Shown piece after piece: positions 20,152 through 29,387 of a stretch of DNA of 64,000 nucleotides. Source of the stretch: an uncultured Armatimonadetes bacterium (GTDB lineage Bacteria > Armatimonadota > UBA5829 > DTJY01); the NCBI GenBank assembly GCA_963717145.1, contig OY970325.1:3328001-3392000 (forward strand), read 5' to 3'. The position numbers were made by a program, and so were the translations under genes. The notes below the pieces were generated by a model. It searched no databases, was not told the origin of the DNA, and saw only the letters and a list, made by a program, of their open reading frames with translations. Within the stretch, counting starts at the first letter, position 1; the number at the start of each line of letters is the position of its first letter.

Positions 20152-22149
20152 ATGAGCAAGCTCGCATGGGGAATCATCAGCACCGGCCGAATCGCCGGGG
20201 TCTTCGCGAACGGCGTCAAGGGCTCGGAGACCGGCGAACTCCTGGCCGTCGCCAGCCGCAATCAGGAATCCGCTGACAAGTTCGGCGACGAGCATGAAAT
20301 TCCGCGCCGCTACTGGAGCTACGACGCCATGCTCGCCGACGCCGACGTACAGGCGGTCTATATCGCCACTCCGCATCCGATGCACGCCGAGTGGGCGATC
20401 AAGGCCGCGGAGGCCGGGAAGCATATCCTCTGCGAGAAGCCGCTCACACTCGATTACGCGCAGGCGGTGGCCGTCGTCGATGCCGCACGCAGGAACGACG
20501 TGTTCCTCATGGAAGCCTTCATGTATCTCACCCATCCGCATACGGCGAAGCTCTACGAGGTGGTCAGGAGCGGGGCGATCGGCCAGGTCAAAGTGATCCA
20601 GGCGACGTTCAGCTTCCACGCCGGGTTCAACCCCGAGGCCCGGCTCTTCAAGAATGCGCTCGGCGGAGGAGGGATCCTCGACGTCGGATCGTATGCGACC
20701 TCATTCGCGCGACTGATCGCCGGCGCGGCGAACGGGAAGCCGTATGACGAGCCGATCGAGGTCAAGGCAATCGGTCACATCGGCGAGACCGGCGCGGACG
20801 AATACACGATCGGCGTCATGCGATTCCCCAACGACATCCTCGCCCAGGTAGCGACCGGAGTGCGGCTCAACCAGGAGAACGTCTGCCGCATCTTCGGCGA
20901 CGAGGGCAACATATTCGTCCCCGCGCCGTGGAATCCGACGCGCGATCCCGGTACCGCGAAGTTCATCGTCAACCGCAATGGCAAAGAGCCGGAAGAAGTG
21001 CTCGTCGAAGCCACGAAATTCCTCTATGCCTACGAGGCCGATGCCGTCGCCGCCGGGATCAAGGACCGCCAGGCCGCTCATCCCTGCATGACCCCCGAGG
21101 ACTCGCTCGGCAACATGAGGGCGTGCGACCTCTGGCGCAGTGCGATCGGCCAGATCTACGACATCGAGAAGGCCGACGCCGATTTCCCGACCGCCGACGG
21201 ACGCCCGCTCGCCGCCCGAGCCGACAAGAAGATGGACTACGGCATCATCCCCGGCCTCGACAAGCCGGTCTCGCGGGAGGTCATGGGCATCGCGGTGGCT
21301 CAGCCGCCGTATGCGCTCGCTTACGCATCCATCATGTACGACGAGTTCTTCCGCAACGGGGGCAACTGCTTCGATACGGCATATATCTACGGCGGCGGGC
21401 AGATGGATCGCTTGCTCGGCCAGTGGATCAAGAACCGGGGCGTCCGGGAGCAGGTCGTCACCCTCTGCAAGGGCGCGCACACTCCGAACTGCAATCCGGC
21501 CGACCTGACATCGCAGCTCATCGAGAGCCTCGAGCGGATGCAGACCGACTACACGGACATCTATATGATGCACCGCGACAACACGGAGATCCCTGTCGGC
21601 GAGTTCATCGACGTGCTGAACGAGCATCAGCGCGCGGGCCGGATGCGGGTCTTCGGGGCGTCGAACTGGACCATCGAGCGCATCGAGGAAGCCAATGCTT
21701 ACGCACAGTCGAAGGGCCTCAACTCATTCGCCGCGATCAGCAACAACTTCAGCCTCGCGCGGATGATCGAGGCGCCATGGGCGGGCTGCCTCTCGTCGTC
21801 CGATCCGGCGTCGAGGGAGTGGTTCGAGAAGACGCAGACGCCGCTGATGTCGTGGTCGAGCCTCGGGAAGGGCTTCTTCGTCTGGGGTGACCGCGAGAAC
21901 CTCTCGAACCAGGAGATCGTCCGCTGCTGGTACTCGGAGGACAACTTCAAGCGGCTCGATCGTACAAGGGAATTGGCGGCGAAGAAGGGAGTGCAGCCGG
22001 TGCAGATCGCGCTCGCCTGGGTACTCCGTCAGCCGTTCCCGACCTTCGCGCTCGTCGGCCCGGGAAACCTCTCGGAGCTGCACACCTCGATCGACGCGCT
22101 CGACATCGACCTCACGCCGGAAGAGGTCAAGTGGCTCAACCTGGAGTGA
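20152..22149 (+). CDS. Gfo/Idh/MocA oxidoreductase fused to an aldo/keto reductase
   Basis: WGIISTGRIA, YIATPHPMH, ILCEKP, GGGILDVG; then FDTAYIYG, DIYMMHRD, GASNW, QIALAWVL. Confidence 0.9.
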   Translation: MSKLAWGIISTGRIAGVFANGVKGSETGELLAVASRNQESADKFGDEHEIPRRYWSYDAMLADADVQAVYIATPHPMHAEWAIKAAEAGKHILCEKPLTLDYAQAVAVVDAARRNDVFLMEAFMYLTHPHTAKLYEVVRSGAIGQVKVIQATFSFHAGFNPEARLFKNALGGGGILDVGSYATSFARLIAGAANGKPYDEPIEVKAIGHIGETGADEYTIGVMRFPNDILAQVATGVRLNQENVCRIFGDEGNIFVPAPWNPTRDPGTAKFIVNRNGKEPEEVLVEATKFLYAYEADAVAAGIKDRQAAHPCMTPEDSLGNMRACDLWRSAIGQIYDIEKADADFPTADGRPLAARADKKMDYGIIPGLDKPVSREVMGIAVAQPPYALAYASIMYDEFFRNGGNCFDTAYIYGGGQMDRLLGQWIKNRGVREQVVTLCKGAHTPNCNPADLTSQLIESLERMQTDYTDIYMMHRDNTEIPVGEFIDVLNEHQRAGRMRVFGASNWTIERIEEANAYAQSKGLNSFAAISNNFSLARMIEAPWAGCLSSSDPASREWFEKTQTPLMSWSSLGKGFFVWGDRENLSNQEIVRCWYSEDNFKRLDRTRELAAKKGVQPVQIALAWVLRQPFPTFALVGPGNLSELHTSIDALDIDLTPEEVKWLNLE

Positions 22150-22225
22150 CGATATACGATACATACCACATTAGTGCCAGATACGTGGCTTCATGATGTA
22201 ATCGGCAAAGATTGCTGATAGGGTA

Positions 22226-22254
22226 TTGACAAACAATCCGTCATTCGTTATCAT
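22226..22254 (+). promoter_or_regulatory. Sigma70-type promoter of the peptidase pair
   Basis: TTGACA-N17-TATCAT; AAGGAG RBS before 22331. Confidence 0.75.
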
Positions 22255-22330
22255 ATCGCGCCGGAATCATCGGCAGGTAAGAGGTAGTGAACGGAATGAC
22301 AGGCAATAGCCAAACTGAAAGGAGATCGTC

Positions 22331-23503
22331 ATGCCAGTATCAGCCGAACAGATTCAACGTATTGCCGGGCTCGAGCTTAGTGCGCTACGAGCGGCCGGAG
22401 TTCTGGGCGAGGAGTTCGAAGGGGTAAAGGTTCCCAGCCTTGGGACACCGATTCACGACATCAACGGCGCGCTGCTGTTTTACCGACTGCCGCTGAGTCG
22501 AGGTCGAACGACTGCCGGGTACGCCAACATTGCGGCCAATGAGGCTCTGGGCGAGCCGCTCCTGGCCGTCTCAATGGGCGCAGAATGGAAGGAAAAAGCA
22601 CTTCTCACGGCCGCAACCTCCGCGGCCCGCAAGGCTCAGCGCGGGCTCAAGTTCGATGCGGCCCGCTTCGTGGCCTACAGCTACCCCAAGGTAGCTGTCC
22701 AGTTCTTGCTGCAGGGGAAAGAAGCCCTGATGCTCGAGCTGTTCACCTGGGCAAAGGTCCCGACGGCGAGAACCGAAGGCCGCAAACCGCTCGAACCGTC
22801 GAACTTCGAGCGCTGGAGTCTGCTGGACGAGATGCCAAGAGAGATGCAGCAGTCCCGCACGCGCGGTTTCAAGAAGCGAATGGAACTGTGGGGAGGCGCA
22901 GAGACGTTCCGAGGCCCTGATGCGCAACTGGTAATGAGGGATGCATTCCTCAAGCTTCCTGGCTTCGCCATCAAACGGACAGACACCCGCGAGATCCACT
23001 ACTCATCGAGCGACATCGATCATCACCCGTGCTACGAGTTGCGGGGACAGCAAACAAACGTGTGGTGCGTCGGCGCGAGTTCCGAGATGCTGCTGAACTT
23101 CTACCGCTACTCGTATGACCAGGTCCGTCTGGCGCAGGAACTCGGGCTGGGGACGCCGGCCAACCCAAATGGTTTGCCGTACGCAAATGTCGGAAACGTT
23201 GTCACAGTGCTGGAGAGGCTCACCTCGAATGCACTGGATGTGACGATGCACACGAACCCGGGGTGGAACATATTCCGCGATGAGATTCGGGCGAACCGCC
23301 CTCTGATCAGCTTCATCCCCGGACATTCAAGAACAGTCGCGGGCTACACCACGACTCTCCTCATGCTGCCAAACCAGGTTGGCTTCACAGGCTTGCTGGT
23401 CTATGACCCCTGGCCGCCCAATCAAGGCGTGATCACTCGGTGGGAGAACTTCGCGACCCAGACGTACATGTGGGCCTACTCCTCCGTGCTGCAACACATA
23501 TGA
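22331..23503 (+). CDS. Papain-like cysteine peptidase (C39/C47-like) with N-terminal extra domain
   Basis: GQQTNVWCVGAS (Gln/Cys), GHSRTVAGY (His), LVYDPW (Asp). Confidence 0.8.
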   Translation: MPVSAEQIQRIAGLELSALRAAGVLGEEFEGVKVPSLGTPIHDINGALLFYRLPLSRGRTTAGYANIAANEALGEPLLAVSMGAEWKEKALLTAATSAARKAQRGLKFDAARFVAYSYPKVAVQFLLQGKEALMLELFTWAKVPTARTEGRKPLEPSNFERWSLLDEMPREMQQSRTRGFKKRMELWGGAETFRGPDAQLVMRDAFLKLPGFAIKRTDTREIHYSSSDIDHHPCYELRGQQTNVWCVGASSEMLLNFYRYSYDQVRLAQELGLGTPANPNGLPYANVGNVVTVLERLTSNALDVTMHTNPGWNIFRDEIRANRPLISFIPGHSRTVAGYTTTLLMLPNQVGFTGLLVYDPWPPNQGVITRWENFATQTYMWAYSSVLQHI

Positions 23504-23997
23504 TTGATGGAATGCCGACTGAACGCGATGCGGAGATGATCAGCGAGACGTCTCGTCAGCTCCTCGCCAGAGGCGATGTAGGTGATGAGCAGTTGCACCG
23601 ATCCGGAACCGTCGCCGGCGCGATTCCCATAATCGCGCCGGGCGGCGGTCTGCACGGGTGGTTTGTACCGGTGACCGTCGGCGACCGGCTCGCGGCGTTC
23701 TTTCAGTTCCTTCGCGACGGCACGCTGACGCGCTTCTCATCGTTTCAGCGGAGACCCGGAGAGTGCGGAGACTGTCCGTTGTCAGCGGACTGGATCGACC
23801 GCGAGCGGATCAAAGGGCGCGCCGAGGTGCAGCGGATGGAAGATGAGACTGCCGGCGAGCCCTTTCTCTCATTCGACAGGTCGCCGGACCGACTGGTCTG
23901 GGCGGTTCGAATGACGGACCGGAGCGGCAAGGAGCGGCTGGTGTACATCGTCGGCGACACTGTATACACACCGCCTCCAGGGGACACGATCGGCTGA
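23500..23997 (+). CDS. Hypothetical protein resembling the peptidase N-terminal domain
   Basis: ATGA overlap with the peptidase stop; motif similarity seen by eye. Confidence 0.7.
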   Translation: MIDGMPTERDAEMISETSRQLLARGDVGDEQLHRSGTVAGAIPIIAPGGGLHGWFVPVTVGDRLAAFFQFLRDGTLTRFSSFQRRPGECGDCPLSADWIDRERIKGRAEVQRMEDETAGEPFLSFDRSPDRLVWAVRMTDRSGKERLVYIVGDTVYTPPPGDTIG

Positions 23998-24033
23998 CGG
24001 ATGGCCGAAGCCGGCAGGGGCAAGACCAGCGTG

Positions 24034-24771
24034 CTAGCCCGTGAGGAGCACGTCGCCGGCCGTGAGTTCCTTCCGCGAACCGTCCGAGAGCCGGACCTTC
24101 AGGTTGCCGAGGGGAGTTACCTCGACCGCGGTGCCCTTGACGACGCCGTCCGCCGTCTGGACTTCGACTTCCCGACCGACCGTGCAGTCATACTGCATCC
24201 ATGAGTTGAGTATCGGACGGAAACCCTCCGCCAGGTACTGCTCATAGCGCCGTCGAACCGATTCGAGCAGCATGCGTTCGACCACTCGTATGGAAATGGC
24301 TTCCCCCTTTTCGGCGGCTATCGAGGTCGCCCTGTCAGCGATCTCGGGAGGGAACTCCAGGGTGTTCACGTTGATGCCGATCCCAACGACGACTGCGGGC
24401 TCCGGGCTCGACGGCGATCTTCCGGACTCGATGAGGATGCCGCACAGCTTACTGCCGTTGAGCAGGACGTCGTTCGGCCACTTGATCTGCGGCTCGAGGC
24501 GGGCTGACCACCTGATCGCTTCGGCCGCCGCGAGGGATGCGACGAATGCGAGCTGCCAGACCTTGCTCGACGGGACGCTTGGCCGGAGCACGACGCTGAG
24601 GTAGAGACCTGTGCCCGGCGGCGAGATCCACTGGCGGCCTCGACGTCCCCGTCCGCCGATCTGCTCGTCCGCGACGACGACCGTGCCCTCGGGCGCTCCC
24701 TCCTCGATCATTCCGAGGGCCACGTCGTTGGTCGAGGTGACTGTTTCAAGGCGATGGATGGTGTATTGCAT
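24034..24771 (-). CDS. birA: Biotin--[acetyl-CoA carboxylase] ligase (no HTH)
   Basis: TSTND, QIGGRGRRGRQWISP, IKWPND, KLCGIL, GIGINV. Confidence 0.93.
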   Translation of the reverse strand: MQYTIHRLETVTSTNDVALGMIEEGAPEGTVVVADEQIGGRGRRGRQWISPPGTGLYLSVVLRPSVPSSKVWQLAFVASLAAAEAIRWSARLEPQIKWPNDVLLNGSKLCGILIESGRSPSSPEPAVVVGIGINVNTLEFPPEIADRATSIAAEKGEAISIRVVERMLLESVRRRYEQYLAEGFRPILNSWMQYDCTVGREVEVQTADGVVKGTAVEVTPLGNLKVRLSDGSRKELTAGDVLLTG

Positions 24772-24785
24772 TGGCAGAGTTTTCG

Positions 24786-24860
24786 AGTGTGGGAGTGTGG
24801 GAGTGTGGGAGTATGGGGGTTTTGCTCTCCCACACTCCCATTCTCCCATACTCCCACACT
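24786..24860. repeat. Inverted arrays of the octamer GGGAGT(G/A)T, family G
   Basis: Tandem 8-mers followed by their complements; also 40528-40601, 41540-41613, 52612-52704 and degenerate 19944-19975. Confidence 0.85.
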
Positions 24861-24863
24861 CTG

Positions 24864-25892
24864 CTAACCGGCGATCTCGAGGCTGAGGTCGAGCGCCTTG
24901 ACCGAGTGGGTGAGCGCTCCCACTGAGATGACATCCACGCCGGTTTGAGCGATCTTCAGGACAGTCTCTTCCGTGACGCTGCCGGATGCCTCGGTGATCG
25001 CCCTTCCCCTGCACATCTCGACCGCCTTCTTGAGATTGGCCGTGCTCATGTTATCGAGCAGGATGATGTCCGCACTGACTTCGAGCGCCTGCTCGACCTG
25101 CGCGAGGGTGTCGGCCTCGACCTCGATCTTGACCATCGGCGATGCGCCGGCTCTAGCAGCCAGGATCGCCTCCTTGATTCCGCCCGCCGCCCGAATGTGA
25201 TTATCCTTGATCAACACGGCGTCGTAGAGGCCGAATCGGTGGTTCTGGCCTCCGCCCATGCGGACGGCATACTTTTCGAGCATGCGCAGGCCGGGAGTGG
25301 TCTTCCGCGTATCGACGATCAATGCATCGGTCTCACCCACCAGGCTCACCAATCCCGCGGTCCTGGTGGCGATTCCTGAGAGCCGCTGCAGGAAGTTCAG
25401 GGCCGTCCGCTCGGCGGTCAGGATGGCGGCGGTCGGACCGGTGACCTCGGCAATGGGGTCGCCCGCCTGCACCATCGATCCGTCCGCGACTTCGGGCCGG
25501 AAGATCACGGACCGCTCCTGCTGTTCGAGCGCCTTCCGCTTGGGCGACGGTCCGCCGGTGACTTGAATCGGGGGCTGTCCGAGGTGCTTGGCAGTAATGC
25601 GGATCGGTTTCCCGGCCTGCGTCGGGCCTTCCACCTGAACGGCCGGACCGCGAGCGGGGCGCATCCGCTTGAGGACCATCATATTCCCGGTGGAGTAGCT
25701 GTCGGCGACCAACTGGAAGCATGCGGCGGCAACCGGGAGGCCGGCGATGATCCCTTCTTCATTGGCGATGATATGTGCTGTGCACAGCGAGATCGGAGGA
25801 ACGATGAGGGAGGTCGTGATGTCGCCGCCCCCGATGTCCTCGATCAGTGCTCGCCGGACGATTTCTTCGACTTCAAGGAAGTTCAAGTTCAT
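24864..25892 (-). CDS. nadC: Quinolinate phosphoribosyltransferase with a ~60 aa insertion
   Basis: ERTALNFLQRLSGIAT, DTRKTTPG, HRFGLYD, LIKDNH, ILLDNM, SVGALTHS. Confidence 0.95.
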   Translation of the reverse strand: MNLNFLEVEEIVRRALIEDIGGGDITTSLIVPPISLCTAHIIANEEGIIAGLPVAAACFQLVADSYSTGNMMVLKRMRPARGPAVQVEGPTQAGKPIRITAKHLGQPPIQVTGGPSPKRKALEQQERSVIFRPEVADGSMVQAGDPIAEVTGPTAAILTAERTALNFLQRLSGIATRTAGLVSLVGETDALIVDTRKTTPGLRMLEKYAVRMGGGQNHRFGLYDAVLIKDNHIRAAGGIKEAILAARAGASPMVKIEVEADTLAQVEQALEVSADIILLDNMSTANLKKAVEMCRGRAITEASGSVTEETVLKIAQTGVDVISVGALTHSVKALDLSLEIAG

Positions 25893-25903
25893 TCAAAGTC
25901 ACC

Positions 25904-26063
25904 TGTAGTGGCCGTGCCTCAGTGCCGGCCAAGGCTTGCCAAGAGCCTTCCGTAGTGGCCGTGCCTCAGTGCCGGCCAAGGCTTGCCAAGAGCCTTCCGT
26001 AGTGGCCGTGCCTCAGGGCCGGCCATGCCACATCGATGGCCGGCACGGAGGCACGGCCACTAC
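25904..26063. repeat. Family B array: three direct arms and one inverted arm
   Basis: GTAGTGGCCGTGCCTCAGTGCCGGCCAAGGCTTGCCAAGAGCCTTCC repeated in tandem. Confidence 0.88.
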
Positions 26064-26107
26064 ATGCCGAGTACGATGAGGAGTACGAGTACGAAACCCC
26101 TTGACTC

Positions 26108-27037
26108 CTACCCAATCTCGATCATCCGCTGGATCGCTCCGCGGGCTCTATCCATAGTATCGGCAGAAATATCGATCGGGTACTGCATATCTTCGAGCGA
26201 CCATGCAAGTTTTTCGAGCGTGGTCAGCTTCATGTTCGGGCAGATCGTCCACTCCGTCGGCGCATAGAAGTGCTTGCCGGGGTTGTCCTGGTACATGCGA
26301 TGGAGGACGCCCTTCTCCGTGCCGACGATGAACTCCCTGTGCGGGTCCTCGTTCGCGAATCGGATCATCCCCGACGTGCTGAACACGCCGTCCGCGAGTT
26401 GAATGACCGCGCGAGTACACTCCGGATGCACCATGATGTACGCGTCCGGGTGCTCGGCCTTCTGCTTGAGGATGTCCTCCGGCCGGATCCGCTGGTGAGT
26501 CGGGCAGAAACCGGGATACAGGATGATCTTCTTCGATGTCTTCGATTGCACGTAGTCCCCGAGGCACTTGTCGGGCACGAAGATGACCTCGTCGGCGTCG
26601 AGCGATTCGACGACCTTGACCGCGTTGGCCGACGTGCAGCAGATGTCGCTCTCGGCCTTCACCTCGGCGGATGTGTTCACGTATGCGACGACCGGCCTGC
26701 CGGGATACTGCTCTCTAAGCTTGATGACTTGCTCGGCAGTGATCATATCCGCCATCGGGCATCCGGCCTTCAGGTCGGGCAGCAGGACTGTCTTCGCCGG
26801 CGAGAGTATCTTCGCGGTCTCGGCCATGAAGTGGACGCCGCAGAAGACGATCACTTCGGCCCTGGTCTCGGCGGCTTTCCGGCTGAGTTCGAGGGAATCG
26901 CCGGTGAAATCGGCGATGTCCTGGACCTCGCCGAGCTGATAGTTGTGCGCGAGGATGACCGCGTTGGCCCCGGTCCGCATCCAGTCGATCTTCTCGATCA
27001 GCTCGATGGTCGTGTCTACGATGCCTTTCGATGTCAT
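26108..27037 (-). CDS. nadA: Quinolinate synthase
   Basis: ILAHNYQ, GDSLEL, FCGVHFMAE, AGCPMA, YVNTSA, CTSANA, HPEC, CPNMK. Confidence 0.96.
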   Translation of the reverse strand: MTSKGIVDTTIELIEKIDWMRTGANAVILAHNYQLGEVQDIADFTGDSLELSRKAAETRAEVIVFCGVHFMAETAKILSPAKTVLLPDLKAGCPMADMITAEQVIKLREQYPGRPVVAYVNTSAEVKAESDICCTSANAVKVVESLDADEVIFVPDKCLGDYVQSKTSKKIILYPGFCPTHQRIRPEDILKQKAEHPDAYIMVHPECTRAVIQLADGVFSTSGMIRFANEDPHREFIVGTEKGVLHRMYQDNPGKHFYAPTEWTICPNMKLTTLEKLAWSLEDMQYPIDISADTMDRARGAIQRMIEIG

Positions 27038-27052
27038 CAGTTCCTCACGGAT

Positions 27053-28435
27053 TCACTTCCTGCGCTTGAAATCGCCGATCGCCAACTCGACCGCTTTGAA
27101 CAGGGATTCGACGCCCTGGACCTTGATGCCTCCATTGGCGGTCGCTCGCGACACGCCGTGCGACGAGGTGATGACGCGCTCGAAGCCGAGCCTCGCCGCC
27201 TCGTTCACCCGCTTCTCGAGCTGGTGGACGCCCCTGACCTCGCCCGCGAGACCGATCTCGCCGACGAGGACGGTATTCGGGTCGACGGGCAGGTCCTTCA
27301 GGTTCGAGGCGACCGCCACCGCGATCGCCAGATCGAGCGCCGGCTCCATGACCTTCACGCCGCCCGCGACGTTCACGTATACATCCTTGTTCGCCAGACT
27401 GAGGCCGACCCGCTTCTCGAGCACCGCCAGAATCAACATCGCGCGGTTGTAATCGACGCCGGTCGCCATCCGCCTTGGACTTGCGAAGTAGGACGGGGCC
27501 ACGAGCGCCTGGACTTCGACCAGCAGCGGCCGAGTGCCCTCGATCGTCGAGGCGACGACGGACCCCGGTCCGTGCAGAGGCCGCTCCGAGAGCAGAATCT
27601 CCGACGGGTTGCTGACCTCTTGCAGGCCGTCCTCCCGCATCTCGAAGATTCCCAGTTCGTCGGTCGATCCGAACCTGTTTTTCACCGCGCGGAGGATTCT
27701 GTACGTCTGATGCCGGTCGCCCTCGAAGTAGAGGACCGTATCCACCATATGTTCGAGCACCCTCGGGCCGGCGATCGCGCCTTCCTTGGTCACGTGGCCG
27801 ACGATGAACACCGGCGTCTGAGTGCTCTTCGCCATCCGAGTGAGGATGCTCGTGCACGAGCGCACCTGGCTCACGGTGGCGGGCGCGGACTCGAGATTCG
27901 GGTCGTACATCGTCTGGATCGAGTCGACGATCACCGCGCCGGGGTTGAGCGAGCTGATGCACGCCTCGATCTGGTCCATATTCGTCTCGGCGACGAGATA
28001 CAGCGTGTCGGTCGAGATGCCGAGCCGGTTGGCGCGAAGCTTGATCTGCTCGACGGATTCCTCGCCGGAGATGTAAAGGGTGATCTGCCCGGCGCGGCTG
28101 AGGTTGTCCGCCGCCTGAGTGAGGATCGTCGATTTCCCGATGCCCGGATCGCCGCCGATCAGCACGACCGAGCCGGGGACGATCCCGCCGCCGAGGACCC
28201 GGTCGAACTCGCCGATGCCGGTCGCATGGCGGGCGTGCTCGCCGGAGGTGATCTGATTGATCGGCCTCGGGGCATTGTAGACGGCGGCGGGCTGACGACT
28301 GCTGGAGGCGCTGACCCGCGTCACTACCTCCTCGGAGAAGGTGTTCCACTGGTCGCAGTCGGGGCACCGTCCGAGCCACTTGAGGGACTCGCAGCCGCAT
28401 TGCTGGCAGACATATTTGGTCTGAGTCTTCGCCAT
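27053..28435 (-). CDS. radA: DNA repair protein RadA/Sms
   Basis: C4 zinc finger, GGDPGIGKST, KNRFG, Lon-like C-terminus. Confidence 0.97.
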   Translation of the reverse strand: MAKTQTKYVCQQCGCESLKWLGRCPDCDQWNTFSEEVVTRVSASSSRQPAAVYNAPRPINQITSGEHARHATGIGEFDRVLGGGIVPGSVVLIGGDPGIGKSTILTQAADNLSRAGQITLYISGEESVEQIKLRANRLGISTDTLYLVAETNMDQIEACISSLNPGAVIVDSIQTMYDPNLESAPATVSQVRSCTSILTRMAKSTQTPVFIVGHVTKEGAIAGPRVLEHMVDTVLYFEGDRHQTYRILRAVKNRFGSTDELGIFEMREDGLQEVSNPSEILLSERPLHGPGSVVASTIEGTRPLLVEVQALVAPSYFASPRRMATGVDYNRAMLILAVLEKRVGLSLANKDVYVNVAGGVKVMEPALDLAIAVAVASNLKDLPVDPNTVLVGEIGLAGEVRGVHQLEKRVNEAARLGFERVITSSHGVSRATANGGIKVQGVESLFKAVELAIGDFKRRK

Positions 28436-28445
28436 GGTAGATCAC

Positions 28446-28474
28446 ATGATAACAGGTCGAGCGGTTTGGTTCAA
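28446..28474 (-). promoter_or_regulatory. Sigma70-type promoter of radA-nadA (very short leader)
   Basis: TTGAAC-N17-TATCAT with extended TG; 10 nt to the ATG. Confidence 0.6.
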
Positions 28475-28479
28475 ACCGG

Positions 28480-28548
28480 GGGAAACACGAATAGCACGAA
28501 TCGACGAATGTACGAGTTATTCGTCCATTCGTGAGATTCGTGTTTCCC
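28480..28548. repeat. Inverted tandem repeat, family L (ACGAAT units)
   Basis: GGGAAACACGAATAGCACGAATCGACGAAT ... ATTCGTCCATTCGTGAGATTCGTGTTTCCC. Confidence 0.8.
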
Positions 28549-28586
28549 ACGGAGGTTCGCCATTGACGAACATCTAACTGAGTTAT

Positions 28587-29387
28587 ATGTCGAGAATAGG
28601 TATCGCGATCTGGAATTTCGAGGGCGAGCGGCTGGGGCCGAAGCTGCGGTCGTTCGCGGAAATGGGCTATACGGCCGCGAGCATCAACAACCGCTCGCTC
28701 GATTCGCTCTCGGACGAGGAGGAGTCGGAGGCCGCTGGGGTTGCTCAGGAGTGTGACCTCGCGCTCACGTTTCACGGCGGGCTGCTCGATACCCCGGCGA
28801 TCGCACGGGCCGAGCGCATCGCCCGGTGGCACGAACGCACGGGCCGCGTCGCCAATACGTCCTATGACGTGCCCGGCGTGCCCGTCCCTGGATACTGCAA
28901 CCGGAAGGAACCCGAGCAGATATTCGGGGTGCTCGAGGACGTGCTGTCGGTCATGGCGGGAACAGGCGTGAGGGTCCTGATCGAGGACTGCCCGCTGTAC
29001 CCGAGTGACGCTGAGAGGATGCAGGGATGGACCGAAAAGCACCCGCACCTTGGCGTATTGATCGACCTGGGCCACATGAACCTCCGACTTCGAGAGCCGA
29101 GGCACGATCCCCAGCCGCTCAGACCGGGCGCGATCGAGGCCTATCTCAAAGGTGTACCCTGGAAGATAGAGGAAGTCCACGTTCACAGCAACGACGGAAC
29201 CAAAGATCAGCACGCGCCTCCCTATGCGCCGAACGCTGATATGGTCACAGCCGCCCGCGTGCTTCGAGAGATCGGATTTCAGGGCATTTCCACCATCGAG
29301 TTCGCGCCGTCGTGGTGCGGAATGGCGGAGGAGGAGATCATCCCGGCGTGCAGGAGATCGCTCGAGTTCTGGAGGGATCTCCTGTGA
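28587..29387 (+). CDS. Sugar phosphate isomerase/epimerase (xylose-isomerase-like TIM barrel)
   Basis: LIEDC, LIDLGH, VHVHSNDGTKDQH, STIEF. Confidence 0.85.
   Translation: MSRIGIAIWNFEGERLGPKLRSFAEMGYTAASINNRSLDSLSDEEESEAAGVAQECDLALTFHGGLLDTPAIARAERIARWHERTGRVANTSYDVPGVPVPGYCNRKEPEQIFGVLEDVLSVMAGTGVRVLIEDCPLYPSDAERMQGWTEKHPHLGVLIDLGHMNLRLREPRHDPQPLRPGAIEAYLKGVPWKIEEVHVHSNDGTKDQHAPPYAPNADMVTAARVLREIGFQGISTIEFAPSWCGMAEEEIIPACRRSLEFWRDLL

Noticed and set aside
25512-25703. Intein in NadC
   Set aside because: Too short and lacks the C-terminal HN-(C/S/T) signature
25904-26063. CRISPR array (also 6131-6223)
   Set aside because: Spacers are identical or absent, units belong to REP families, and no cas genes are present
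24864-27037. nadB-independent NAD synthesis
   Set aside because: nadB or an aspartate dehydrogenase may lie outside this window; absence cannot be judged here
26270-28534. Long antisense ORFs (754 aa here; also 27045-29213, 4298-5794, 45877-47454 and others)
   Set aside because: Shadow frames of GC-rich genes with no recognisable motifs
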